From IMG/VR virus record IMGVR_UViG_3300045988_135485: DNA of 64,000 nucleotides; one strand, 5' to 3'. This DNA is from a virus. Shown in pieces: positions 9,947 through 19,118 of this stretch; positions within the stretch are counted from its first letter, which is position 1; each line of letters starts with the position of its first letter. The position numbers were made by a program, and so were the translations under genes. The notes beneath the pieces are model-generated. The model made no database searches. It saw only the letters and a list, made by a program, of their open reading frames with translations, and was not told the origin of the DNA.

Positions 9947-10471
9947 TTAATCAAGTCTAAATTTGTCATAATGGGTTCCTTTCTCAAAAAACTCAACCAG
10001 CTCTTCTATAGTACACGGTATTTTTTTAGTTTTGTTCCTAAAATTATACCGGTGGTAGGCTAATAAAATCTTATTATAGTTAAGGCCATTATCAGAACAA
10101 TATTGTCGTAAAGGTTGACCTTTATAGTATAACTTTATCTGGTTTTTTCGCCTATTTTTATACTGTTCTCCGGCTATAAACTCATCGACGAACTTTTCAA
10201 TATTCAGGTCGTTATTTTTTTTTCTTTCCCTTATAAAAACAGCCATAATATAAATATAATCCAGTTTGTTTTTCATACAGTAAGAATAAAAGGTCTGGCC
10301 TTTATACATAATTTTCTTACGATTTCTGTACTCCTGATAGGCTTTTATAGCTTCTTCCAAAGACATCCCCTCTGCCATTCGAGATTGTATCCCAGAATAA
10401 TTAAATCCGTTATATTGGCAGTATTTTCTTATACTCATTTTATTTCCGTCTTTTAATACATAAATCGTCAT
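9947..10471 (-). CDS. hypothetical protein with an internal tandem duplication
   Basis: Two similar segments (YKGQTFYSYCMKNKLDY / YKGQPLRQYCSDNGLNY; FNYSGIQSRMAEGMSLEEAIKAY / LNYNKILLAYHRY). Confidence 0.35.
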   Translation of the reverse strand: MTIYVLKDGNKMSIRKYCQYNGFNYSGIQSRMAEGMSLEEAIKAYQEYRNRKKIMYKGQTFYSYCMKNKLDYIYIMAVFIRERKKNNDLNIEKFVDEFIAGEQYKNRRKNQIKLYYKGQPLRQYCSDNGLNYNKILLAYHRYNFRNKTKKIPCTIEELVEFFEKGTHYDKFRLD

Positions 10472-10704
10472 TAGTAACCTACCTTTCTAAACTTCCTTAA
10501 GCTCTGCATAATCCACCAACTGTTCTTCTGAAGGTCTCTTAAAGATTTAATGTAGAAACCTCCTCCTTGCCTAACTGCAATCTCATCCGTTTCTTTGGAA
10601 AACACTACTTCCCACCGCTGGTATCTCATATTCCAGTTTACGTCTATTACATAGTCTGATGGCAATAGTTTCTCGAAAAAAGTCTCGATTCTCTTTCTCA
10701 TCAA
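10471..10704 (-). CDS. hypothetical protein
   Basis: Tiled ORF. Confidence 0.3.
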   Translation of the reverse strand: MMRKRIETFFEKLLPSDYVIDVNWNMRYQRWEVVFSKETDEIAVRQGGGFYIKSLRDLQKNSWWIMQSLRKFRKVGY

Positions 10705-12035
10705 TAACCTACCTTTCTACTGTCTTCCTGTTTACGTTTAATAATATCCCACAAGCGATGCTCGACCTTAACATCGTAGAACAATCTATACACTCTGACA
10801 GGATATTTACGCCCGCCACGATCGGCTCGCTGTATTGCCTGTTTCCAGTTGCTGTCCTTATAATCAATGCTGACAAAGATAACAGTATCAACGTGTTCCC
10901 AGTTAAAACCGACAGCCATTGTTTCTGGAGAACCAATTACTACATCCAGCCTACCAGCTCGGAAATCTTGGTCAATTTTGCTTCGATTTTTACCGGAGAT
11001 GGACCCGTTAATTAACCCTGTCCTCAGCCCATATTCTTCGCACAGTTTAACGAGACGTTCCTGTTCAGCAGTGAATACTGAAAATATTAGGAGCGGCTTC
11101 CCAGAATTTTTAGTATCTTCGAGGTGAACTTTAAGCATCTCGTCTTTTCCAAGATAAGGAATCCCTTCCAATCCTATGCTTTCCGGTGCTTCTAAAATTT
11201 GACGACATCTCATTTGGTGAACGCCTCCGGAACCGGAATCGGTTAAGTAATTATCTTCCAATTCCAACAATGCTTTATCCTCAAATTCCTCATAGGCGTT
11301 GAGGTGAACTTTATCCATCCCACATTTTTCCGGAATTATAATCGGTTTTGGAGAACCTTTATAAGCTTCCTCAAAAGTCATTGCTACTGCTTCGCGAGCT
11401 AAAATCCTCTTAATCTTAGCATGATTTGTCCACTCGATAACTGTTCCAAAATCGTCCGTAATTGCGTGCTGATAAAGGAAGTTTTTATAACTGGCATAAT
11501 ATCTAGGCTCAATGACACGGATTGCGGGATAAGCTGAAGAAAGACGGCCGTCGATTAACGTTCCGGTCATTCCCAGAAAAAATTTTACCCTATTCATTGC
11601 TCCGTAAAAACTTTGGGTTCTTTTACTGTCGTTGGTCTTATACCCCATGTGAAATTCATCGACAACTACACCGTTAAATTCTTTCGGAAGTTTTTGCCAT
11701 TCGCGAGAGAAACAATCGAAACCCATCAGGAAAACTTTCACTTTCGGGTTTGCGTAAATTTCCTCTCTCTTCTTTGGAGTACCATCAACAACAGCTACCT
11801 CTTCAGGAAGAAAATCTGTAAATCTAAGAAGTTCGTCATAGTTCTTCTTCAGGAGGGATTTAGGCATAACAAATGCTACAATGGCTTTTTCTATTCTATT
11901 CAAATACTGAATATACAAACAAGCTGTAGGCGTTTTTCCTGTCCCCGGATGGGACAAATTTAACGACCGCTTCTTTGCTATATGGAAAGCTAAATGAGCG
12001 CTTTGATACGGTCTTAAAGTAAACCCTTCTACCAT
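10701..12035 (-). CDS. SNF2/SF2-family DNA helicase
   Basis: Walker A-like HPGTGKT, DExH box VVVDEFHMGY, and C-terminal helicase motif VI (QAIQRADRGGR). Confidence 0.75.
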   Translation of the reverse strand: MVEGFTLRPYQSAHLAFHIAKKRSLNLSHPGTGKTPTACLYIQYLNRIEKAIVAFVMPKSLLKKNYDELLRFTDFLPEEVAVVDGTPKKREEIYANPKVKVFLMGFDCFSREWQKLPKEFNGVVVDEFHMGYKTNDSKRTQSFYGAMNRVKFFLGMTGTLIDGRLSSAYPAIRVIEPRYYASYKNFLYQHAITDDFGTVIEWTNHAKIKRILAREAVAMTFEEAYKGSPKPIIIPEKCGMDKVHLNAYEEFEDKALLELEDNYLTDSGSGGVHQMRCRQILEAPESIGLEGIPYLGKDEMLKVHLEDTKNSGKPLLIFSVFTAEQERLVKLCEEYGLRTGLINGSISGKNRSKIDQDFRAGRLDVVIGSPETMAVGFNWEHVDTVIFVSIDYKDSNWKQAIQRADRGGRKYPVRVYRLFYDVKVEHRLWDIIKRKQEDSRKVGY

Positions 12036-12058
12036 TTTAATCTCCCAAGACTTTATTA

Positions 12059-12484
12059 CTAAATCTTAAAAGCTGATGTCTCTTCAAATTGAGCTTCAGT
12101 CGCTGTTTTAAGTATCATCCAAACATTTACACCGTAATAATCGGCAATTTTTATCAAATCAAGCAAGGTCAAATCTATTGTCCCTCTTTCAATCTGATTC
12201 AACTTCGTTGAAGTGATGCCGATTTCAGCGGCTACAAATGCCAGCGGTTTCTTAGCCCGGAAATTTCGTTCCCAAGCCAGTTTTTCTCCAAGGGCGGCGT
12301 GTAACTTAGTAAGGGGCATACGACTGATAATCTTTTTATTGCTGTTTGATTTCAAAGGCAGATTAAGTCTTTTGGCGAGATTGTATGGATATGTTCTCGA
12401 AGTTCCAAATTCTTTACTGATTTCACTAGCAGTTCTTCCGTTCTTAATCCACTCGATTATTTTATCTCTATATTCATTAAGCAT
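12059..12484 (-). CDS. XRE/Cro-C1-type HTH transcriptional regulator (two HTH-like segments)
   Basis: LAFVAAEIGITSTKLNQIERGTIDLTLLDLIKIADYYGV is a classic Cro/C1 HTH. An N-terminal HTH-like segment (RTASEISKEFGTSRTYPYNLAKR) is also present. Confidence 0.6.
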   Translation of the reverse strand: MLNEYRDKIIEWIKNGRTASEISKEFGTSRTYPYNLAKRLNLPLKSNSNKKIISRMPLTKLHAALGEKLAWERNFRAKKPLAFVAAEIGITSTKLNQIERGTIDLTLLDLIKIADYYGVNVWMILKTATEAQFEETSAFKI

Positions 12485-12803
12485 TATTCTCTCCTAATAA
12501 ATTTTTGAAACTAGACGATTGAAGATGATAAGCCAAAATAGATTCCTTTTGACCGAGATAAATCTTCAGGTCTTCTCTCAGTTTCTCAACTGCTTCAACA
12601 TTCCCATTGTTAGCAAAGGCTCTTAACCATGCATACATTTCCGGAATCATTCTAATTAATTCTTTCGAAAAATCATCCTCAGTTTTAGCCAAGTACACTT
12701 CTTCTCCAGAAACTTTTAACCAACCGGGGCGGGCTAGGTTTTCTACCAACTCCATTTTAGATATTAGTTTTTGGATATTTTCACAACTATACGTTTCTGG
12801 CAT
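12477..12803 (-). CDS. hypothetical protein
   Basis: Tiled ORF. Confidence 0.3.
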   Translation of the reverse strand: MPETYSCENIQKLISKMELVENLARPGWLKVSGEEVYLAKTEDDFSKELIRMIPEMYAWLRAFANNGNVEAVEKLREDLKIYLGQKESILAYHLQSSSFKNLLGENNA

Positions 12804-13017
12804 TTCTCGGTCTCCCTAATTCTCTTTTATGAACTTTCTTTACCCGCCAGTCGAACTCCGGCTGGTGTTTTTCTTTAAAATAAAGCTGTTTTAAGACAAC
12901 TTTATTTTGTCCTATGGTAACTGTTTGAAATGAAATATCTTTAACAGTTAAAAAGTTTTTCTCTTTTCCAATCCAAACATAATCTCCAATCTCGACTTCT
13001 TTTCTCTCTTCAGCCAT
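12787..13017 (-). CDS. hypothetical protein
   Basis: Tiled ORF. Confidence 0.3.
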   Translation of the reverse strand: MAEERKEVEIGDYVWIGKEKNFLTVKDISFQTVTIGQNKVVLKQLYFKEKHQPEFDWRVKKVHKRELGRPRNARNV

Positions 13018-13041
13018 TTCCCGTCCCTTTCTATTCTCCGA

Positions 13042-13416
13042 TTACTTATAACTAATATCAAAAGATGGTTTAGTTTCATTAACAATTTCTTCCATGGATA
13101 AACCTGGAATATTCTTTCCGATTGTATGAGAATATTCATACTTAACCGGTCGTTCTCCTTCCGGCATATGCCATACCATTTCCCAGCCAGTTTCTGATAA
13201 CTTATAGGTAATATGTCTGGTCATTTTAATCGTAAACCGTCCAACTTTAAATTGTTTTGAGGTCTTATCCTCATCAATCATATCCCCGTATCTTTCGAGT
13301 AAAGATTTCTCCATTTCAACCCGAACTGCCTTTACGTCATTTTCGGTTTTCTTTTGATTCACATAAGCTTCCAAGAAAGCTTCGTCATCATATTCTACAT
13401 CTCTAAATTTAATCAT
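13042..13416 (-). CDS. hypothetical protein
   Basis: Tiled ORF. Confidence 0.35.
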   Translation of the reverse strand: MIKFRDVEYDDEAFLEAYVNQKKTENDVKAVRVEMEKSLLERYGDMIDEDKTSKQFKVGRFTIKMTRHITYKLSETGWEMVWHMPEGERPVKYEYSHTIGKNIPGLSMEEIVNETKPSFDISYK

Positions 13417-13417
13417 A

Positions 13418-13885
13418 TTAATTCTCCTTAAAATCTAATGGGACAGGAATTTCCGGACTTCCGCTCAGATATACTGGACGGATGTAAGAACTTCTGGCTA
13501 TTTGAAAAATCCGATTGTAGTTACTTTGTAAAGTTATCCCGTATATCATTAACGGAAGAGCATTCGTTAATGATAAAAGGTAAAGCAATCGGGACGGGGT
13601 GGGAAGAAAGCCGGCATAGATAAAAGTCAATTCCGGCCTTACTTCCAACCCTTTTGGAATTAAGTTTTGCATAACTTCAAAGCTTTTTCCCTCGGATTTT
13701 TCCGGTATATACAGCAACCGTCTCCATTCTACATAGGTATTTTCATTTAAACCTTTATGTGGACACAGCAGCTTTTTGGACGGTTTTTCAAAGGGGCAAA
13801 GCTCGTTTAATTCAGTATCAGGTTCAATAAAGAATCTGATACCTTCATAATCACGAACACCCCAATATGAAACGTCCATACTCAT
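13418..13885 (-). CDS. hypothetical protein
   Basis: Tiled ORF. Confidence 0.35.
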   Translation of the reverse strand: MSMDVSYWGVRDYEGIRFFIEPDTELNELCPFEKPSKKLLCPHKGLNENTYVEWRRLLYIPEKSEGKSFEVMQNLIPKGLEVRPELTFIYAGFLPTPSRLLYLLSLTNALPLMIYGITLQSNYNRIFQIARSSYIRPVYLSGSPEIPVPLDFKEN

Positions 13886-14076
13886 TAAATAATATCTCCT
13901 TTTAAAGTTATTCCATACTTCTTACAAAGTTCGTCCATTCTCTTAGTTTCTGACCTGTCATACTGTTTCCAAAGCTCCACCAACTCGTCTAAGTTTTTTA
14001 GCCTTTCCTTAAGTTTCTGGTCTTCTAAGTTTTTCTTAAACTTGTAAAAATCATAAATTATACATTTCTCTGGCAT
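13885..14076 (-). CDS. hypothetical protein
   Basis: Tiled ORF. Confidence 0.3.
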   Translation of the reverse strand: MPEKCIIYDFYKFKKNLEDQKLKERLKNLDELVELWKQYDRSETKRMDELCKKYGITLKGDII

Positions 14077-14118
14077 TATATCTCCTTTTAAAGGAATTAT
14101 ACTATGTTTATTAAAACG

Positions 14119-14670
14119 TCAACAACTTTTTTCAAAAATATTTCTTACCACTGCTTCATTTTCTTTATCAACTCCAACAAAATGTTTTGAAATCTCGTCC
14201 AACTTTTTTTGACAATCTTCTTGAGAACCACAGATTATCTTCTCAGATTTCAAAAGCTGGACTTCTCTACCCTTCTTTTTCAGAAGATTAGCAACAACCA
14301 CATATTTAAAAGCTGCTTTCAATACTTGAGGTTCCTTTACTTCAAGTCCATCTAAGTCAGTCAGTTTATAGATAAACATATCTTCTCCGTTTATGGTTAA
14401 AACAGGAAGAACGTCCACACCTAGGTTAGGATAATAAATTGTAGTTTTATCTTCGGGTTTTTCTACAAATTCAACATCAGTAATATTTAAGCTCGGGTCT
14501 TCCATTGAATCACCGACAATATCGTATGCCAGACTAATATCTTTTCCGTTTCTTTCTACAGTTATGGAATAGACACAATTTCCTTTTTGACAGCCCTTTA
14601 CAAGTAATTTTTCCTCTCCGAGATAAACAAAATCTCCTTCCCGGATTATGTTCATAATTGCTTTTTCCAT
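14119..14670 (-). CDS. hypothetical protein
   Basis: Tiled ORF. Confidence 0.35.
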   Translation of the reverse strand: MEKAIMNIIREGDFVYLGEEKLLVKGCQKGNCVYSITVERNGKDISLAYDIVGDSMEDPSLNITDVEFVEKPEDKTTIYYPNLGVDVLPVLTINGEDMFIYKLTDLDGLEVKEPQVLKAAFKYVVVANLLKKKGREVQLLKSEKIICGSQEDCQKKLDEISKHFVGVDKENEAVVRNIFEKSC

Positions 14671-14725
14671 TTTGGTCTCCTTTCTTGCCTTGTTTTCTAC
14701 TTTACTTTCTACTTTACTTTCTTTT

Positions 14726-14932
14726 CTATTTTACTTTCTTTTCGATATAATACCAAATTAAAACGGCTGTTTGGTACTTATCAATATTACGGAATTGAAC
14801 CGACTTCACGTCAGGATACTTTTCTGTAAGGTCATTAAACTCCTGTTCAAAGTTTTTAGTCAAATTTAATTTTTTGACTTTTAAGACCTTTTTTACTTTC
14901 GTCTCCGATTCCTTTTTTACATTTCCAGACAT
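14726..14932 (-). CDS. hypothetical protein
   Basis: Tiled ORF. Confidence 0.3.
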   Translation of the reverse strand: MSGNVKKESETKVKKVLKVKKLNLTKNFEQEFNDLTEKYPDVKSVQFRNIDKYQTAVLIWYYIEKKVK

Positions 14933-15330
14933 ATTTCTTCTCCAAAATTAGGTTCTTGTTTTACAATAAAAATCTTTTCAGCTTTCATATCATTACTGAT
15001 ATTTTCTTCTTCCAAGATTTCCTTCCACTCTTTAGCTTTATCACAAGCTTTTTTATAAGTTAAATCTTTTTCTACAATCATCATGTGTTTCTTATTCCGG
15101 TATTTCAGAACCAGAAAATAAAGACTTTTCTCGTCCTTTCGCTTATAAGGAGAAACATCCTCAATAATTGAGGCCAGTTCGGCTGGCATTTCATCTTCAT
15201 AAGAAGTATTAATAATAAGACCTTCTTCCCTATAAATTTCTTTAGCTTCCTCCTTGGAATTAGCCTCAACAACATATTTTACAACTGCATTGATTTTTTG
15301 TGATTGTCTACAAGTAACTGTCCACTTCAT
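14917..15330 (-). CDS. hypothetical protein
   Basis: Tiled ORF. Confidence 0.35.
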   Translation of the reverse strand: MKWTVTCRQSQKINAVVKYVVEANSKEEAKEIYREEGLIINTSYEDEMPAELASIIEDVSPYKRKDEKSLYFLVLKYRNKKHMMIVEKDLTYKKACDKAKEWKEILEEENISNDMKAEKIFIVKQEPNFGEEICLEM

Positions 15331-15539
15331 ATTTCCTCACCTTTTATAATTGTTAATTCACAACAATCTCTAAGATATTCTACAGCCTCTTCCAAACTAT
15401 AATTGGGACAACAAGCTAGTCTGGATTCGGGAACGAACTCAAGTTGGTCTTTATAATTTTCCTCCTTAGCATATTCAATTAACTGGTTTTCAGTAAAACA
15501 CCCTTTATACTTATCATAATCAATTATGAAGTATAACAT
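15327..15539 (-). CDS. hypothetical protein
   Basis: Strong SD (AAAGGAGAATAAT-ATG). Lies immediately downstream of the start-stop repeat array. Confidence 0.35.
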   Translation of the reverse strand: MLYFIIDYDKYKGCFTENQLIEYAKEENYKDQLEFVPESRLACCPNYSLEEAVEYLRDCCELTIIKGEEI

Positions 15540-15561
15540 ATTATTCTCCTTTCAATTACAT

Positions 15562-15613
15562 CCTTACATAGCACCCTTACATAGCACCCTTACATAGCAC
15601 CCTTACATAGCGT
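15562..15613 (-). repeat. 4 x 13-bp tandem repeat (transcribed strand GTGCTATGTAAGG) = array of SD-ATG-TAA start-stop units
   Basis: ccttacatagcac x4 on the plus strand. Intergenic between two same-strand genes. Confidence 0.7.
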
Positions 15614-16142
15614 CAATCTTTGCAATCAATTCTCTGGCTCTTTCTTCGGTCATATTTTCTTCAGATTCAAACTCTTTTATAATCTCCAATGCTTCAGGAT
15701 TCGCTACTATTCTTAATTCATAGTTCTTATCAAACATTCGACCTTCTCGAAACCAATCAAATAAAAGTGGCTCAGTTTCACCTAAATAATCCCTGATAAA
15801 TTTTTCATCGTTCTCTGAAACAAAGGATGTAGAACTACCATCTGCGTCAGGCCAAGGAAAGTCATTGTCTCTCTGATACCCAATTTCCCGTTCGGCAAAC
15901 TCTTCATAGGAAGCATTTTCGCCGTATTTTGCTGCCTCAATCCAAAAGTACCTATCTACATAATCAGTTGGATTTTCCTCTGCATCTTCCCATAAGGACT
16001 CAGCCCTGCTCTTAGTAATGTATTCAAGACCTATTCCTGTCGCACCTTTAAAGTCTCCATCCCAAAAAACGGCCTCGAGATATATAATTACATCATCATC
16101 ATCTATACCAATTAAAATTTTATTTCTGCTTTCCAAACGCAT
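15603..16142 (-). CDS. highly acidic protein (candidate DNA mimic / anti-restriction)
   Basis: D/E-rich throughout (IDDDDVI, WEDAEENPTDY, PWPDADGSS). Early-gene position. Confidence 0.3.
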   Translation of the reverse strand: MRLESRNKILIGIDDDDVIIYLEAVFWDGDFKGATGIGLEYITKSRAESLWEDAEENPTDYVDRYFWIEAAKYGENASYEEFAEREIGYQRDNDFPWPDADGSSTSFVSENDEKFIRDYLGETEPLLFDWFREGRMFDKNYELRIVANPEALEIIKEFESEENMTEERARELIAKIDAM

Positions 16143-16190
16143 AGCTAGTCTCCTTTCTTAAACAATCTCTTTTTTAAACAATCTCTTTTA

Positions 16191-16454
16191 TTAACCAAAA
16201 AACAATCCAGATTTAATTATAGATTTAAATTGGTAATAATACTCCTTAAATCGTTCATCATCTGATGCAATCTCTACCCAAAAAACTTCGTCTATATCCG
16301 AAGCATCATCAGAAGTCATTATAGCCCATTCTTCATACCGATACTCGTTATTAGCAAAACGAGCCAAAGTATCCATCGCTTTTAATGCCTTAACCCTATT
16401 AATCATTACCTTTTGTGTTACGTCTAAGCCCATAATCAGTTCCCCCCTTTTCAA
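16191..16454 (-). CDS. hypothetical protein
   Basis: Tiled ORF. Confidence 0.3.
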   Translation of the reverse strand: MKRGELIMGLDVTQKVMINRVKALKAMDTLARFANNEYRYEEWAIMTSDDASDIDEVFWVEIASDDERFKEYYYQFKSIIKSGLFFG

Positions 16455-16456
16455 AA

Positions 16457-16672
16457 TTAGTTCAAGTTTCCTTCCACAGCTATAATTTTTGGCTCGTCCG
16501 ATTCAACTGCTTGATAAAATTCATCAACACAGGTTTCATCTAAGATTTCACTTTCATTGTACATACAACGCTTAGCTAGGTAGATAGCTTCTTCTGTTGA
16601 ATCAGCCTCAACTTTAACTCTCCGTTTTCTGTACATTGTCTCTGTATATTCGGCATCAACTGTAAATATCAT
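16457..16672 (-). CDS. hypothetical protein
   Basis: Tiled ORF. Confidence 0.3.
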   Translation of the reverse strand: MIFTVDAEYTETMYRKRRVKVEADSTEEAIYLAKRCMYNESEILDETCVDEFYQAVESDEPKIIAVEGNLN

Positions 16673-16890
16673 TTCTGGTCTCCTTTCACGATTTCATTTA
16701 TATTCACGTTCTCATTCACGTTCTCATTCAGATTCTCTTCCAGTTCGGCAATTCTTTTCTTAAGTTTATTCAAGTCCATTAAAACTTCAGAAAGAACCCT
16801 AACTAACATAATTGTAACATTTTGTCCGGTTATTCGATTTATTTCTCCAGACAAAACCATTCTCAAAAGTTCACTACTATATTTATCCAT
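16669..16890 (-). CDS. hypothetical protein
   Basis: Tiled ORF. The NENVNENVNINE repeat is coding. Confidence 0.3.
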   Translation of the reverse strand: MDKYSSELLRMVLSGEINRITGQNVTIMLVRVLSEVLMDLNKLKKRIAELEENLNENVNENVNINEIVKGDQK

Positions 16891-16893
16891 AGT

Positions 16894-17571
16894 TTATATT
16901 TTCCTCTCCAAAAATATTTCTTTCTTTTCCTCATCAACTGAATATTCAAAATATTCTCCGTCTTTATACAAACAAAGTCTTTCATATAAGCAGTCGTCAG
17001 CAAATGATACCAGTTCTTCTTCATAAAACAAATTCCCAAATCTAGCCTCTTCCTCCTCCATTTTTGTAAGAAGATGGAACTCAAACATTACCTGCCATTT
17101 TCTAGTATCTTCCCACTCCTTAAATTCCTCAATTTTATTTGGAACAAAGGAAATAAATCCACTATAACTAGTAAAATTATCTTTTAAATAGTTAGCAAAT
17201 TTTTCTCCGTTTTCGAAATAACAGTAATTTTCTAAAGCTTCCTCATCAACTGTAACATTAGCTATAATCTTGTCATTTCTATAGTTATAGAACCGAGGAG
17301 AATCTATGTCAACAAACTCAAATTTTGTTACGATATTTTTATCCAAATAATCGCTTAGTAATTCAACAGCCTTTTCTCCAACCTCCTTTTCAAAAGCTGA
17401 AAAATCGTCTATTTCCCATTCATACCCTTCTGGCATTTTAAAATCAGGATATTGTTCTGTTAAATAAAAAAGGCTATCACAGTTATATAAATTCGTTTCA
17501 TAAAAACCTTGAAAAATCTTTGTAGACCAGCTTACATATTCAAAAGTAATCATTTTTCTATTCCTTTCCAA
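16894..17571 (-). CDS. acidic aromatic-rich hypothetical protein
   Basis: E/D/F/Y-rich, 225 aa. Confidence 0.35.
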   Translation of the reverse strand: MERNRKMITFEYVSWSTKIFQGFYETNLYNCDSLFYLTEQYPDFKMPEGYEWEIDDFSAFEKEVGEKAVELLSDYLDKNIVTKFEFVDIDSPRFYNYRNDKIIANVTVDEEALENYCYFENGEKFANYLKDNFTSYSGFISFVPNKIEEFKEWEDTRKWQVMFEFHLLTKMEEEEARFGNLFYEEELVSFADDCLYERLCLYKDGEYFEYSVDEEKKEIFLERKI

Positions 17572-18038
17572 AAAATATCGTCCAAAGGGATTGTCTTTTT
17601 AGCTCTGGACAAAGCTATTGCTACTGCCGCTCTCATGTCCTCTCTTGTAGCCGGAAGAGGGTTATCTTCATTGAAGAGAACTAAATATCTTTCAAAACCT
17701 AGATTTTCGCAAACTTCCACGTCTATCAAGTCAACCAGCTCTTCAACCTCTTCCGGATTTGGAACTTGACTTAGAGAGGGGATAACTCTGTAATGCAACG
17801 GATGTACACAATAAGGGACACGACAAACTTTCCTCAACTCATATCCCGGAATAAGTACCCCCTCCTCTTTCATAGTTTTTTCCAAAGCTAATCTGATTTT
17901 AGACCGATTATGATTTTCAGGAACCCAATGGCCTTTATCTAAATTAACTTTATATGATTTTAAAGTTATGATATAATCCAAAAGAGGACTATGCTCGGGA
18001 TTACGTACTGCATTTTCAACTGCATTCTCTTTAGACAT
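17550..18038 (-). CDS. hypothetical protein (possible HNH-like Cys/His cluster CRVPYCVHPLHY)
   Basis: Weak motif only. Confidence 0.25.
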   Translation of the reverse strand: MSKENAVENAVRNPEHSPLLDYIITLKSYKVNLDKGHWVPENHNRSKIRLALEKTMKEEGVLIPGYELRKVCRVPYCVHPLHYRVIPSLSQVPNPEEVEELVDLIDVEVCENLGFERYLVLFNEDNPLPATREDMRAAVAIALSRAKKTIPLDDIFWKGIEK

Positions 18039-18261
18039 CTTCGTTCTCCCTAAAATATTTAGCCTCGTTAGTATAAGCTTCTAATAAACTAGTTTCATCT
18101 AATTCTGGACAACGGCTTATATAATAGCTCTGTCCATCTGGTTGAAGCATATCTTTTCCAAATTTAACGGCCTTCTCTTTTGAATCAAATTCAAGAATAT
18201 ACTTCAAAAGCCAGTTTTCTTTAGGAGAAACAATATAAACCGTCCAAGTCTTTTCAGTCAT
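18031..18261 (-). CDS. hypothetical protein
   Basis: Tiled ORF. Confidence 0.3.
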   Translation of the reverse strand: MTEKTWTVYIVSPKENWLLKYILEFDSKEKAVKFGKDMLQPDGQSYYISRCPELDETSLLEAYTNEAKYFRENEDV

Positions 18262-18280
18262 GGTCTTACTCCTCTTTCAA

Positions 18281-18724
18281 TTATATTTTTGATTTTCTCG
18301 TATAGTGGTCTCTACTATACAAGAAATCCCAATAACGACTCAACTCATCCAACATATTATACATAGTAAGTTCTAAAGTAGATGGATTTATTTCCTGACC
18401 GTTAATCCCCTCTTTTGGAGCAACAGTTAAAAAGAGATAATTACCATCTCCGTTATCTCTCCAATACTCATAAGAACTTACGTCATAGAAAAAATAAATA
18501 CTGACATGACGTAATTCCACCTTTAGTTTATCAGCTTTTTTATAAAAGGCATAATAACCTTTTTTATTAAAACAATCGGTTCTTAAATCTACTCTGAAAT
18601 CAAAAATATCTTCACCATTTTCTTCATAAAAAACATCAACTTTTGTTGATAAACTATCGGCTAGAGCTTCCCAATCGCGGCTAGAAAATACTTTTTCAGT
18701 CATAATTTTACTCCTTTTCTTCAA
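18281..18724 (-). CDS. hypothetical protein
   Basis: Tiled ORF. Confidence 0.35.
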   Translation of the reverse strand: MKKRSKIMTEKVFSSRDWEALADSLSTKVDVFYEENGEDIFDFRVDLRTDCFNKKGYYAFYKKADKLKVELRHVSIYFFYDVSSYEYWRDNGDGNYLFLTVAPKEGINGQEINPSTLELTMYNMLDELSRYWDFLYSRDHYTRKSKI

Positions 18725-19032
18725 TCTTTTTCGCTTTCGGAATCAGAATCGCTTTCGTCTTCCTCGTCCTCGTCATCTTCGTCCTCGTCCTCATCATCTT
18801 CACAATCACAATCGCAATCATTTATACCAACCAAGTCAAAGCACCACTCCCAGTCAAACCATAGGAGGTCGTTCATAGTTACTTCCGGGATTCCGTCAGG
18901 ATAAAGTTCCCGAATCTGGGCCGAGAACGCGTCCGCTTTCCCGGCATCGACTATTTTCTCTTTTGTATTTATGGCTGTTTCACCCCATGGTTCAAATTCT
19001 TCTAAGTCAAAATCTTTACAAATCATATACAT
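18721..19032 (-). CDS. small protein with a poly-acidic tail (candidate DNA mimic)
   Basis: The C-terminus is CDCDCEDDEDEDEDDEDEEDESDSDSESEKD. An 18-bp palindrome lies about 50 bp upstream. Confidence 0.35.
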   Translation of the reverse strand: MYMICKDFDLEEFEPWGETAINTKEKIVDAGKADAFSAQIRELYPDGIPEVTMNDLLWFDWEWCFDLVGINDCDCDCEDDEDEDEDDEDEEDESDSDSESEKD

Positions 19033-19082
19033 TTTTATGTTCCTTTCAATTTCTGTTCAATTTTCCTATTCTTCTTTCAATT

Positions 19083-19100
19083 TGTTCCAACGTTGGAACA
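19083..19100. promoter_or_regulatory. 18-bp perfect palindrome TGTTCCAACGTTGGAACA (copy 1), candidate operator
   Basis: Self-complementary 18-mer about 50 bp upstream of the 18721-19032 gene. Confidence 0.6.
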
Positions 19101-19118
19101 ACTTGGGTAATTTTATGG

